Below, piece by piece: positions 52,852 to 64,000 of a stretch of DNA of 64,000 nucleotides; within the stretch, counting starts at the first letter, position 1, and the number at the start of each line of letters is the position of its first letter. The DNA is from Paraspadella gotoi. Lineage: Eukaryota; Animalia; Chaetognatha. The notes beneath the pieces are model-generated. The model worked only from the letters and a program-made list of their open reading frames with translations, did no database searches and was not told where the DNA came from. The translations under genes and the position numbers were made by a program. The stretch covers positions 4,571,035-4,635,034 of the forward strand of contig CM119265.1 in the NCBI GenBank assembly GCA_051294375.1, written 5' to 3'.

Positions 52852-54042
52852 AGAAAAGCGAGAAGCGAAAAGCGAAAAGCGAGAACTATGCAATCTCGTT
52901 GTTCNNNNNNNNNNNNNNNNNNNNNNNNNNNNNNNNNNNNNNNNNNNNNNNNNNNNNNNNNNNNNNNNNNNNNNNNNNNNNNNNNNNNNNNNNNNNNNNN
53001 NNNNNNNNNNNNNNNNNNNNNNNNNNNNNNNNNNNNNNNNNNNNNNNNNNNNNNNNNNNNNNNNNNNNNNGTTTGTCATTTACGCGGAACTTTCTTCTTT
53101 TTCCTTCTTGGCAACGCTTTCTTCGCCTCACTCCCGCTACCGCCACCCAATTTTTTTTTGTGATCCTTTTCTTTGTTTTTTTTCACGATGTATTCGGGGT
53201 TTTTTTTTTCTTTTTCGAAACAAGTGAAGGTGATCAGATGTTGCTACTCAGATGCCAAATCGACGAAGCGACGTAGCGAGCGCGTGAAAAATTGGAATCG
53301 GAAAATTTGCGAATGAGACCGATTAACGAACGAAGGCGAACGGTTTTTGGTGAACGTGAGTCGTTCCTCGGTAGCATCGGTCAAAGTCGATCCTTTCGAC
53401 CGTGATGATTATTGGGTCGTGAGGAGTAGTGAGGATTGCTAATCAAGGTTGCTCATTATTAATCATTGTTAATATCTTTATTGAATTATTTTAATTGCCT
53501 GAGAGCACGATACAGAAGAGAAGTAAGAAATTTAAAATTAGTTCAGTTGAATAGGATCAAGTAACGGATAATAATTTTTCCCGCTATCGTCTTCTTGTCT
53601 GAATTACCTAGACTCATAAACCTTTCCCTAAATTGTGGGCGGAAAAGCGAGTTAATATATTATTCGTAGATATAATTTTGATATATTCGTTAATCAAAAT
53701 ATTTATTTTCCATGTTTTCCTCTTCTTCAGCGTTTAAATCGACTTCGAAAGTTTTTCTTAAAAAGAAAATTAAACTTTAATACCTTTCCTGAGGCGATTT
53801 TACGGGCATGAAACTTATCCTTTATTTATATAATCTCTATCAAGTCAACTCTCAACACATCTGTATTGGCCGAGCCGCAGTTCCAATTTCTCCAGTCACC
53901 CTCGCCACCTCCTGCCACCCCCGCCACCCCGACTCTCAAAGAGCTCCATCACTCACGCCTCCGGCCGAGAATTTCCAAAACAACATATGACCATGGAGGC
54001 CGCTAGTGTATTTTTCGGTCTTCGGCGAACGCTTGTGGTTGA

Positions 54043-54118
<76 letters not shown>

Positions 54119-54791
54119 GCTCTGGATGCGCGAACCCTGAGATGGGAAATGAATGGACCAGGGTCTTTCTGTTGGGGGAGAAAATCACTTTTTTCTTTTT
54201 AGTTTTTATTTCACTTATTTTTGTATTAGGTTTAAGACTTTGAATTTAAATAGTACAAAATATTAATTTAGTTTTTCCCAAATGAATATCTGAGTTATGC
54301 GTGTCAAAGAAACGGCTCAAGAGAATCGAATGAAAAATATATGTGTCAAGTACCGGATGTAATTGAAGACAGAATTCAGTTGAAAAGTAATTTCAAGTGA
54401 TTACTTATGTCTGAAGTTATAAAAATAATTGGTTCAACATCATTGTATAACAGATATTGTTTTTTTGAACTCTTATTTTTGATTTTGAACTTTTTCTTTC
54501 TTTTTTCATTAAATTTAATAATAACAGTCGCTCGAAAATGAACGTTTTTTGTCGAAATTCCAAAAAAATGATTTAAACTCAGTCTGCGACCTCCCTGTCT
54601 TTTCTTCAATTTTGTTCCAGCTTCATTTGTTCTCTCTTTCTCTCTCCCTCCCTCTCCCCCTTTTCTCTCTCTGCTATTCGTCTCTTTCTTCGACGTCCAA
54701 TTTTTTCGAACTTGGGGACAAATAAAATTCTTTGGCGAACTCCCCTTAAAAATCTTTACGACCATTGTAAACATCTTCGTCCGGGAGGAAG

Positions 54792-54828
<37 letters not shown>

Positions 54829-57800
54829 TTTTTTGGGATGTTTGTCACAGTTGAACGAATACTCAAGACCGTGCCGTCAGTTGAAATGTTTAAATCGTGC
54901 CAGCTTTCTGCGTAGCTCGTTTTCTTACTTTTTCTCTCTCTATCTCATTTAATTCTGGTTATCTTTTTCTCTCTTTCTCTCACTCTCTCTCATTCGCTCT
55001 CACTCTCTCTCACGTCTCTTCATTTTGATCTTCGGCAATTTCAAAGATAAAATCTCTTCACATGATTTGTGTTGTCTCCTCTCAATTTGATTCACTCGTT
55101 TCGCTAAATTTCTAAAAATTCCATCTTCCAATTCGCGAATTTCTTTTCTCTTTTTTACTCAAATTTTATTTTCTTTTTTTTCCCCCTTTTCCTTTTCTTT
55201 TTTCTTTTCCTTTCCATGCCTTTGTATCCGTTCCGAGGCCGAGATTGTTTCTGTCATTTCCACGCGCGCCCGCGCCGCCATCATGGTCGCCTCGGCTGCC
55301 GCCGCCGCTGCCGCTTCCGCCGCCTGTCCGCCCGCCATTTCTGCCGGCGCCGCCATCTTGGTCGCGCCGTAAAATCCTCGCTCTCGATTCGATATCAAAA
55401 GGTCAGCCGCAATAATTCGCTGCTGCCAAATTTTTCTGTGTTCGCCCGGCCACCCCCCCTCCACCGGGTTGAAGGCAGGGGAGTGAGAAGTGGGGTTTTC
55501 TGGGGATGTACATGTATAACTCTCTTCATGTCTCTCTTCTTAGCCAAGGTAAAAGACTAAGACCCGGAGTAATTAGAGGGAAATTTTTCTCTCCTCTCTC
55601 TCATCTCCCTCTCCTTCCTTCCATCTCTCTCCTCTCTCGTCTCCTCTCTCTTCTTCTCCTCTGGCTCATCTCTCTCTCTACTCTCTTCCCCTTCATTAAT
55701 TTTTTCCCCTCTATCTTAGTCAAGTCGCCGGATTGGATGACTGAGGAGAATGTTCAGGGGTTCTCTGTCTCTCCTGTTATGTCCTCTTATCTTCCCCTCT
55801 CTTCTTTCTCTCTCTCTCTCTCTCTCTCTTGGCCGAGGCTCGCCTCCTATCATCCTCTCCCCACTCTCTCTCCCTTCTTTCCCCCGTCTTCAGTCCCCTC
55901 GTTGTAACGGATTAATGAATTTCGATGAACTCGGATGAATTTCTTTCCGTTTACTTGAAATCTCCATCCGTTTTATTCTTTCCCTTATTTTCTCTCCTAT
56001 GTACATTTTATTTTCGGCCTTTTCTTTCTTTCTCTCTTTTGCATTTTATTCTTAGTTATCCTTTTTTAGTTGTTTTCTTTTGCTGCACCATAGATTTTTC
56101 TACTTTATTTGCTTACATTTAGTATTTTTTTATTTCACTCTCACTCTTTTTTTTTGTTGGTATTTTTTTTAATTTTATCGATTTAAAAGGTCTTTAGCCA
56201 TTTAATATCTTCATGAGATTTGTACTTAATGATCCAATTAGAAACCTTGGATAAAAATTATCCAAAAGACAAAACTCGCATTCTCCTCTTCCGCATAAGT
56301 TGAATATGTTGAATATATAATAACAACTAAATCTTGTCATTTAAACAATAAACATTGACGAATTGACTGGATTAGTTCCCCTTCCACAGAGAATCGGCCC
56401 ATATTTTCGATATAAACTCCCCACAAACGACAAATTCACAATAGCGCACAATGAGCATTGTCCTTTACGCTTTCGACGAACTGCTTCCCCCCCTCCTCTT
56501 TTCAAATCCTCTCTCTCTCTCTCTCTCTCTCCTCTATCTCAATCGTCCTCGTCCTCAATCTCTCATCCCTCTCTCCTCGTCTCCTCTTCTCTCTCTCNNN
56601 NNNNNNNNNNNNNNNNNNNNNNNNNNNNNNNNNNNNNNNNNNNNNNNNNNNNNNNNNNNNNNNNNNNNNNNNNNNNNNNNNNNNNNNNNCTTCTCCGCCT
56701 CCCTGGAGGTTCGTGTTTGTTCTCGGCAAACATCCTCCGATTCCTCCCTTTCCTTTCCTCCATTTTTCTCCCTTTTTTCCCCCTTTCCTTTTCAATTGCT
56801 CCTTGCTCCTCTTCTCCGCCGGAAATTCTCGAACCCTTCGTGTCTCATTAACCCTATTTTTTTTTTCGGCGGCCGCTCCTTCCCACCCCCACTAACGTCC
56901 TGTGAATGTATCGTCCCTGCTATCGCCTTTAATTCTGTCTTCGCCTTCGAACGCACAACGCTCCTTTTCCCCCCTCCCCACCCCCGTTGTTAATCAAGGG
57001 CCTTTTCATCGCCGCGCGAATGCGCATCCTGGTCGCGTCAGGAGGAAATGCTTCGACGTCGTCGTCGTCGTCGTCGTCCTCGTTATCTCTTCGGGGTTTG
57101 CGGTGAAACCGAGAGCGTCCCCATCGAAATGTCGCTTTGGCCGCAAGGCGGCGCAGCGCATTCGTGACGCCGGGCATTCCCAACGCCGTTAGCGAGAATG
57201 AAAAGGGAGTAAGGATGGTTCGAGTTGGGAGCGATGAGATAAATGACAGAGGCAAGCTTCGAAAATTGTATCCCGAGAAACTAATTAGGGTTTGGAAAAG
57301 TCAGATGGCGTCTACGTTTTAACTCTCGATTCTACGTAATATTCCGGTTATTGTTGTTCTATGGAGTCCGCGATGTCGTCTTCGTTCCAACGCGTTTTAA
57401 CCTCATTCCATTTCCCGTTTTACTGCCAACCATATTTCCGAGTCTTTCATCGAAAGGACTCTCTTCCACATTTCCCCGTCTCCACGACCCTCCCCCTTTC
57501 CTTTCCTCCCTTTCCTTTCCTTTCCTCCCTTTTTCTTTTCTTGGCTCTCGTCTCACCTTCAACGGAGAATCGATTCCTCGGGTCTTTTCTCTTTGTTTGC
57601 TCACCTCCCTCTCTCTCGCTTCCTCTCTCCCTCTTTACTTATTCACGAAGGACTTACCTTCGATTTCCTCCTTTTTCTCTTCTCTCCTTTTCTCTTCCCC
57701 CTTTCTCTTTCTCGAATTCACGAAACCAATTCTCATTTAGCTCTTCTCTCAACGTTCTCCTCCCACGAATGTCCTTCCTCCCTAGATTCTCCTCCTCCCT

Positions 57801-57944
57801 CCCCGTTTCCCTTCCTCCCCTTCTTCCCTTCTTCCCCTACTCCCCTTCCTCCCCTCTCTTCCGACGGACGATTTCCATTCCGCCCTTCCCGGCTTACAAT
57901 ACGTTTACGTCCCAAAGACCGGAACGGTCGAGGATTTCTCTCGC

Positions 57945-58020
57945 GTTGCCATGGAAACGACGTAGACGACGATGATGAGGAGGACGATTCGACGGGGGAT
58001 CAGCCGTTGCCGTTGGTAAC
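57945..58020. promoter_or_regulatory. Pair of RFX X-box motifs
   Basis: gttgccatggaaac (57945-57958) and gttgccgttggtaac (58006-58020) fit GTNRCC-N(0-3)-RGYAAC-like half-site pairs. Confidence 0.5.
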
Positions 58021-58231
58021 AAAAAGCGAGCGTTGGCTCGGGTCACGACGGATCGAGTCAATAAATAACTGTTTTTTTAACGACATGGAAAAGAACCGAT
58101 GCTGAGCGATGACGAACGATGCTTTTCGATAATTCTCGAATGTACGACGACGTTTAAAATTTGATTCATGTGCCCTCTGTTTAATTCTAATAACAATTAA
58201 AATGTCACGATTCTCATAAATAGTCAATCTC

Positions 58232-58349
58232 TATGAAATTTGTACAACCAATATAAAAATTATCCATTCATTTAATAAATAAGCTATCTTGTCCCTGACT
58301 TTGGACAGGCTTTGGTGGTTTAAGGCCTCCATCACACTTACAAGATAAT
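58232..58349 (-). mobile_element. Inverted partial copy of the 22928-23277 repeat
   Basis: Reverse complement of 23160-23277 with only a few substitutions, ending at the same 26-bp terminal motif. Confidence 0.85.
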
Positions 58350-59788
58350 AACTATAATAAATTAATAATTAGTTAATACTTTTCTCAATGATGTCCTTTC
58401 ACTAATTCGTGATTTATTCGAAAGCTTTCTCGAAAATGAACCCCACGACATAACCCTTACCAGTAACCACGCCCTTACATCGTCACTCCATTCCTTTCCA
58501 CGCCCAGACATTTCTTCCGGCGTTTTGGCCGACGAATCCGGTTCTCGTTCCATTTCCGCCGGACGCGATTCCGGAAATCCCGATAACTTCCTCCTCCCCT
58601 TCGTTAAATCCTTCCACAGTGACAAAATCCACAGTAGATTTCATCTCGGAAATCCATCCGGCGCTCGGCGACTTTTCGAAGTTCGCCTCTTTGACCGCAA
58701 GCCCTCACATTGTGGGTCGGCCATTTGATATTGGGAAATCTGATAGTGCGTAGGTGAGGTGCGTACGTTATAATCTGTCGAAAACCTCACTCAAGTTTTA
58801 AATATTGTTTACACTTAGACTACTCAATATTCTCTATCTACCAAAACTGCAGTCAGCATTTCTGTAATATGTTTTCCCTTCAAACTAACATATGCGAAGT
58901 CGTTTAATCCCCATCTTCCTTACTTACCCTCCCACCCTTCCCTTCTTTCGGGATTATGAATGCCCCTTAAAATTGCGCGACGCATCGTTCATCATTCCGC
59001 CTCCGATGACGCGCCTCGCCCGATCCCCAATCGCCAGAGCTTCTTTGTGCGGGAGTCCGATTTTCCTTCGTCCGTTCGGGTGACGGATGACGTTCGAGGA
59101 TGAACGGACGGACGGACGTACCGAATCCGCGTTCTTTGACCGAACAAGAGGTTCATCCCTTTCGCTTCGAAACGTTCCCGGCGAATCGCAGTGAAACTCT
59201 CACAGAAAAACTCACGGACTCACGCGGTCTGCAAACAAACAGTCTCCCGCGCCCTCCCGTCTTCTCACATACTCCCCCTCTCGTCGCGGTGGCTCTTGTC
59301 TTTGCTCAAAGTTCACATCGGGGATCACGCTTCATTATCTGTGCCTTTGCATGTCCCCAGAGTGTGATGGAAGGAGGGAAAGGGATGGATGGAGTGGAGG
59401 GGGGGGGGAGAAAATATAAACCGACGGCGCTGTTGAACGATTTACTGCATTTTTTTGTGGTTTTTTGTTTGCTCAAAACTCTCTCGGTCTCTCTTTTGCT
59501 TTATTCTCTCTATATCTGCTTCTTCTATCTTTCTACGTCTCTCTCTCTTCTATTTCTCTCTTCATGTCCCTCTATCTCTCTCTTCTTTTTCTCTTTCTCT
59601 TCATACTCTCCCTCCCGATATCTGGCGACCTTCTATCAAGACGCCCACGACATTGAAGACTGCCAGAAATCTGCAATCGATGAATCATCGATTGCGGATT
59701 TTATTCAATCCAAATGATAAAATAGGACTCGGCCGTGCCACCAATGGCCAATGGCGCTAAATCCGCCGAGGAGAGTCTCGTGCGGGAA

Positions 59789-59879
<91 letters not shown>

Positions 59880-60438
59880 GAGAATGAAGAATGAGCGATG
59901 GAAATGCGCAGACATGAAAGGAGAGAGAGAACGAAAGTTTCGACTCTTTGCCTCAAAAAAACTGCACGACATCATGAAGGACGACGACGACGACGACGAC
60001 AACGACGACGGAAGCGGCACACGAGGCAGGCCCCCCGGTCGCGTTTCAATGTCCATTTCTCCTCGACGACGTCCGTCATCGACGTCCGCTGTTTTTCGAG
60101 GTCGAACGATGAAAAGGAAAATCCCTTTTCCGACCTTTTCTCCTTTTCTCCTTTTTTCCTTTTTTTTTTCTTAATTCTTTTCATTTTTTCTTCCACGTTT
60201 TTGTAAAAAAAAAAGTCTTTTCGTTTCCTTCCGGCCTCCCCCAACGTCCGACTCTCCATCGTCTTTTCTCGCATCCCGGAAGTGGGCGTGGCTTTCGATC
60301 TCTATTTTCGCGTCTTTCTTGAAAAAACGTCCTCCATAAAGTTTGTTCTTCTAGTATCGAGTCTTTTCTTAGATGTTCAAAAAATAAAACAATTTTATTT
60401 TCTTAATTTGTCTTAAATTTTTTGTTAATTTTTCAAAA

Positions 60439-60503
<65 letters not shown>

Positions 60504-60829
60504 TTAAAAAGAGAGACAGAGAGAAGGACCAAACCCCAGACAGAGAGAGCGGGACACAGAATCTTTTCCGTTTTACATCTCAACATATCCTCGTTAAACT
60601 CGTTCTACATTGTTATCCTGGATTCGCTCTTTAACCTAACCTTTCCTTTTCTCTATGCCTCCCTCCTCCTCCTCCTCTTCCTCCGCCTTTTCTAGGAAAT
60701 AATCCTCCTTTTACTATTTTCTTTCGTCTCTTTTATTCGTGGAGGGGCGATCGTAAAGAAGTGGCAGCGATGGAAGGAGATGGAAGGAGATGCTGGAAAA
60801 GATGCGAATGGATTGGAACGGAAGATTGA

Positions 60830-61078
60830 AAGAAGAAGAAGAAAGGAAAAATGGGAAAAAGATCAAAGGAAAGAAGAAGAAAAAGAAAGAAAAGAAAAAA
60901 AGAAAGAAGAAAGAAGAACAGAAGAAAAAGAAAAAAGAAAGGAAAGAAAGAGAAAAAAGAGAAAGAAGAAAAGAAAGATAAGAAAGGAAAGAAAGAAAGA
61001 AAGAAAGAAAAGAAAGAAAGAAAGAAGAAAGAAGAAAGAAAGAAAGAGAAGAAAGAGAAAGAGGAAAGAAGAAAAAAA
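60830..61078 (+). repeat. Near-pure polypurine low-complexity tract (gaaa/gaa degenerate)
   Basis: About 250 bp, almost entirely A/G. Confidence 0.9.
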
Positions 61079-61616
61079 TCAGGGAAAAATGACGAACGTG
61101 AAGAAAAAAAATGGAAGCTGTTTGTTCGGAAAAGATTAACCTATTGAAGTAATTTTGAGAAGAGATATAAATGATGTGATTTTTAAAATGAAAATGAAAA
61201 AAAAAAAAAAAAACAACCGTTAACTGGTTCTTTCGAAACAGGAGTACCTCATGTGATTTTTTTTTTCAATTTGGAAATTAAAAAATGCATTTCATGAGGT
61301 ACGCTCGACCCAGAGAAAAAAACGGAGAAAGTTGGCGTTTATTTGCGGATCCTAAATAAATTTGAACCTCATCGTCATTCGTCTTCGCGGATACAAAACG
61401 TCTCCTCCTTTTCCTTCGCCTTCTTCGCCTCCTTGAAAAATTCCCTCTTAAAAACTTTTTACGCCGTGGAAAGAGAATAGAGGGCGCGGAGGTGGGGTGG
61501 GGGGCGGAGAGAGAAGAAGAGAGAGCCCATTGTTATTGTCGTTTATGGGAGGGAGAGCGGGAAATGTCTGAATTCGGACGGCATTTACGCGAAAACTCAT
61601 AAATCCGGGTTTTCGG

Positions 61617-61688
<72 letters not shown>

Positions 61689-63284
61689 TGAGAGAGAGAG
61701 AGAGAGATCGCGCGTTTGTGGTTGCGCCGATGCGCAAACTGCCGCCGCCGATAGGGATTCTCTTCGGGCAGGAAGTTATATTAAAGCTGTTCACTTTTAT
61801 GGGGGTCGATTCGTTGGGGAGGAGAGGGGGGTGAGGAAAAGGTGAGGTAAGATGGGAGAAAGTAAAAGGAAATTGAAAAGTAAAACGATAAGAAGGAAGA
61901 GGAAATGAGGAAAACAAAGAAAAGAAATTGGAAAACGTAATGAAACATTTTTTTTGGAAAATATATTTTTTAAAAGTTGACTTTCTGACAATATTACATG
62001 ATTTATTGATGTATATGATAATTATTTTCGGTTATAAAGTAAAGATAAAAGATACGTCAATGAAATTATTGGATGACGACAACCAATATTGAATAATCGA
62101 AATAAAAAAAAAGATTTCTAAAAACGCTTTTCTATTTGTTTTTCAACATATCTACGTACAAGAAACAAACCCAAAGTTTCTCCCAAGTCTAAGATATCCT
62201 CCTAATTTCTTTTCTCTTTGAAACATCATCTGCCTCCTCCTTTTTTCTCCTTTTTTTTTTCAAGACGCAGATCAATAAACGACGAAAAACAACAAACAGA
62301 AGAAAAAAAATGTGGTGAGGGTAAACAAATCCCTTTCCATCCGAGGATTCTGCTCTTTCGATGGCGTCTCTCTTTTTTTTTTCTTTCGGAATGAGAGAAA
62401 AATAGAAAACAAAAAAAAATGAGAATATTAAGTCTCTCCGGTTTTTGGGGGGGAAAATGAGAAAAAAATACAAAATGTCTTTTGTTTGCGTTTCTACTTT
62501 ATATTCCAATGATTCTTTTGTTCTCTTTGGTTTGGCCCGTCTTTTATTTTTTTAAAAATTTACCAATTTAAAAAAAAAGGGGTTTTACTTTCATCTCGCG
62601 TATATTTTCCGCAGATGGTGAACTTAATTCGACGTAAACAAACAAAAAAATTGCTGTAAGAACCGTCTGCTCTCCAGAGTCAATTATTCCATTGCTTTAA
62701 GAGCGCGTCTCCCAGCTGCGGCTACTGAGTGGTTTTTCTTTCTTTCAATTTTAAAGTGACTTTCTTTTTATGTTTGTAAAAACGAAAGCGAAATTCCATA
62801 AACTAAACTTTTTTCCTTATTAAAAAAAATTTAATTAGTTTTTGGATCGAATGGTAACTGCACTGTCGTCATAAAAACCGAGCTGGATCACCAAATTTAT
62901 ATAACTATTGCCCAAAATACATTCCATGGATTCTCGTTCTGACAAACGAAAAATAAAAAAAAACTTTACAAAAAATTTTAAAAAATCAAATAATCGGCGA
63001 ATGGAATTAAATATTTAGCGGAATCATTTGTTCTGCGGTCACAGATGCTGCTCTCGGTACCATTTTTATTTTATCTTATGTTTTTTGATTAAAATAATTT
63101 TGTTTCCAAACGGATCGAACGGAATTTTTATTGAATCGTGTGTTTTTGTTTCGAAAAAAAAAAAATTTTAACACAGATATCGCCGCTGAGAATGCAGCGG
63201 TTTTTACGAATGAGCTGCTTAGTTTTTCTCCTTTTGACCAAAAAATTTAATCATTTGTGTTCGTTCTTGTCGTTATTATCGTTT

Positions 63285-63335
<51 letters not shown>
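63285..63335 (+). repeat. (CGT)n microsatellite, representative of many (e.g. 14803-14833, 24040-24075, 26318-26355, 49038-49076)
   Basis: Directly visible. Confidence 0.95.
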
Positions 63336-63338
<3 letters not shown>

Positions 63339-64000
63339 TCGTCAACGACGCGGCCGCGCCCGAAAAATTACGACCTTTTCCCGATCGAATGAAAAGAGAA
63401 AGAAAAAAATAAACATAAAAAGAAAAAATATCATAAAATGTCGTTTACGTCGCCAAAATTTGACGAGAAACGAGGTCACCAGACGTAAAAAAAAATGGAA
63501 GAAAAAAAAGGGAAAGTAAAAAAGGAGAGAATTTAGTGGAAAAGAAAAGGAAAAAAAAAAACTAAAAAGGAAAAAAAAAAGAAAACTGAAAAAATAATCG
63601 GAAGGAAAGAAATAAAAAAGAGGGAAAATAAAGCCGCCCCCGTCGCTCAAAAGCCGCCGCTGATGCCGCCGCCGCAGCCGCCGCCGCCTTCGTCGTCGTT
63701 CGTTGTCAAAAACGCATGCGGCGGCGGCTGCTTTCGCCCTCGCGCCCTTTAGTGAGGGTCACAGTTCGGGCAAGGGAGAGGGGAAGAGAGAGACGAGAGT
63801 TATCGGCAGCGTAAAGCAAAATGTATCACGTGATTTACCGACTAAAAATTTAATTTAATTAAAATTTGCGTTTTGCGTCATTCAATCCCGATTTAACTCC
63901 ACAAAAGAGCGTAGCGCCTACTACCTGGCGTGGCGTAGCGGGGTGCACGTAGCATGGACGGATTCTACGGTCGCGTCCCGCCAACCGTTTCACGACGCAC

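Overview
This is a eukaryotic, probably invertebrate, non-coding window (intergenic DNA or a very large intron). I could not support any protein-coding gene; nearly all ORF-track entries are translations of (GA)n, (CGT)n or (GCC)n repeats, or run through N-gaps. The window alternates CpG-rich motif-dense islands, long (GA)n/(CT)n tracts and AT-rich transposon relics. Best-supported content: (1) a 608-bp palindromic MITE with an 8-bp target-site duplication (TSD) at 11033-11640; (2) a 3.3-kb foldback element with ~1-kb inverted arms and an ~8-bp TSD at 15114-18423, whose spacer carries a minimal Penelope-type type I hammerhead ribozyme motif (~17074-17120); (3) a ~4.6-kb tandem segmental repeat in ~2.6 copies (28245-40400); (4) a hairpin-rich 324-bp dispersed repeat with 26-bp terminal direct repeats; (5) two diverged tRNA-like SINE heads; (6) recurrent regulatory motifs (RFX X-boxes, ETS-CRE, E-box, CCAAT and YY1/Pho clusters). 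Five gaps of exactly 25 N and indel-rich duplicate segments point to long-read gap filling, so some duplications are probably assembly artefacts.
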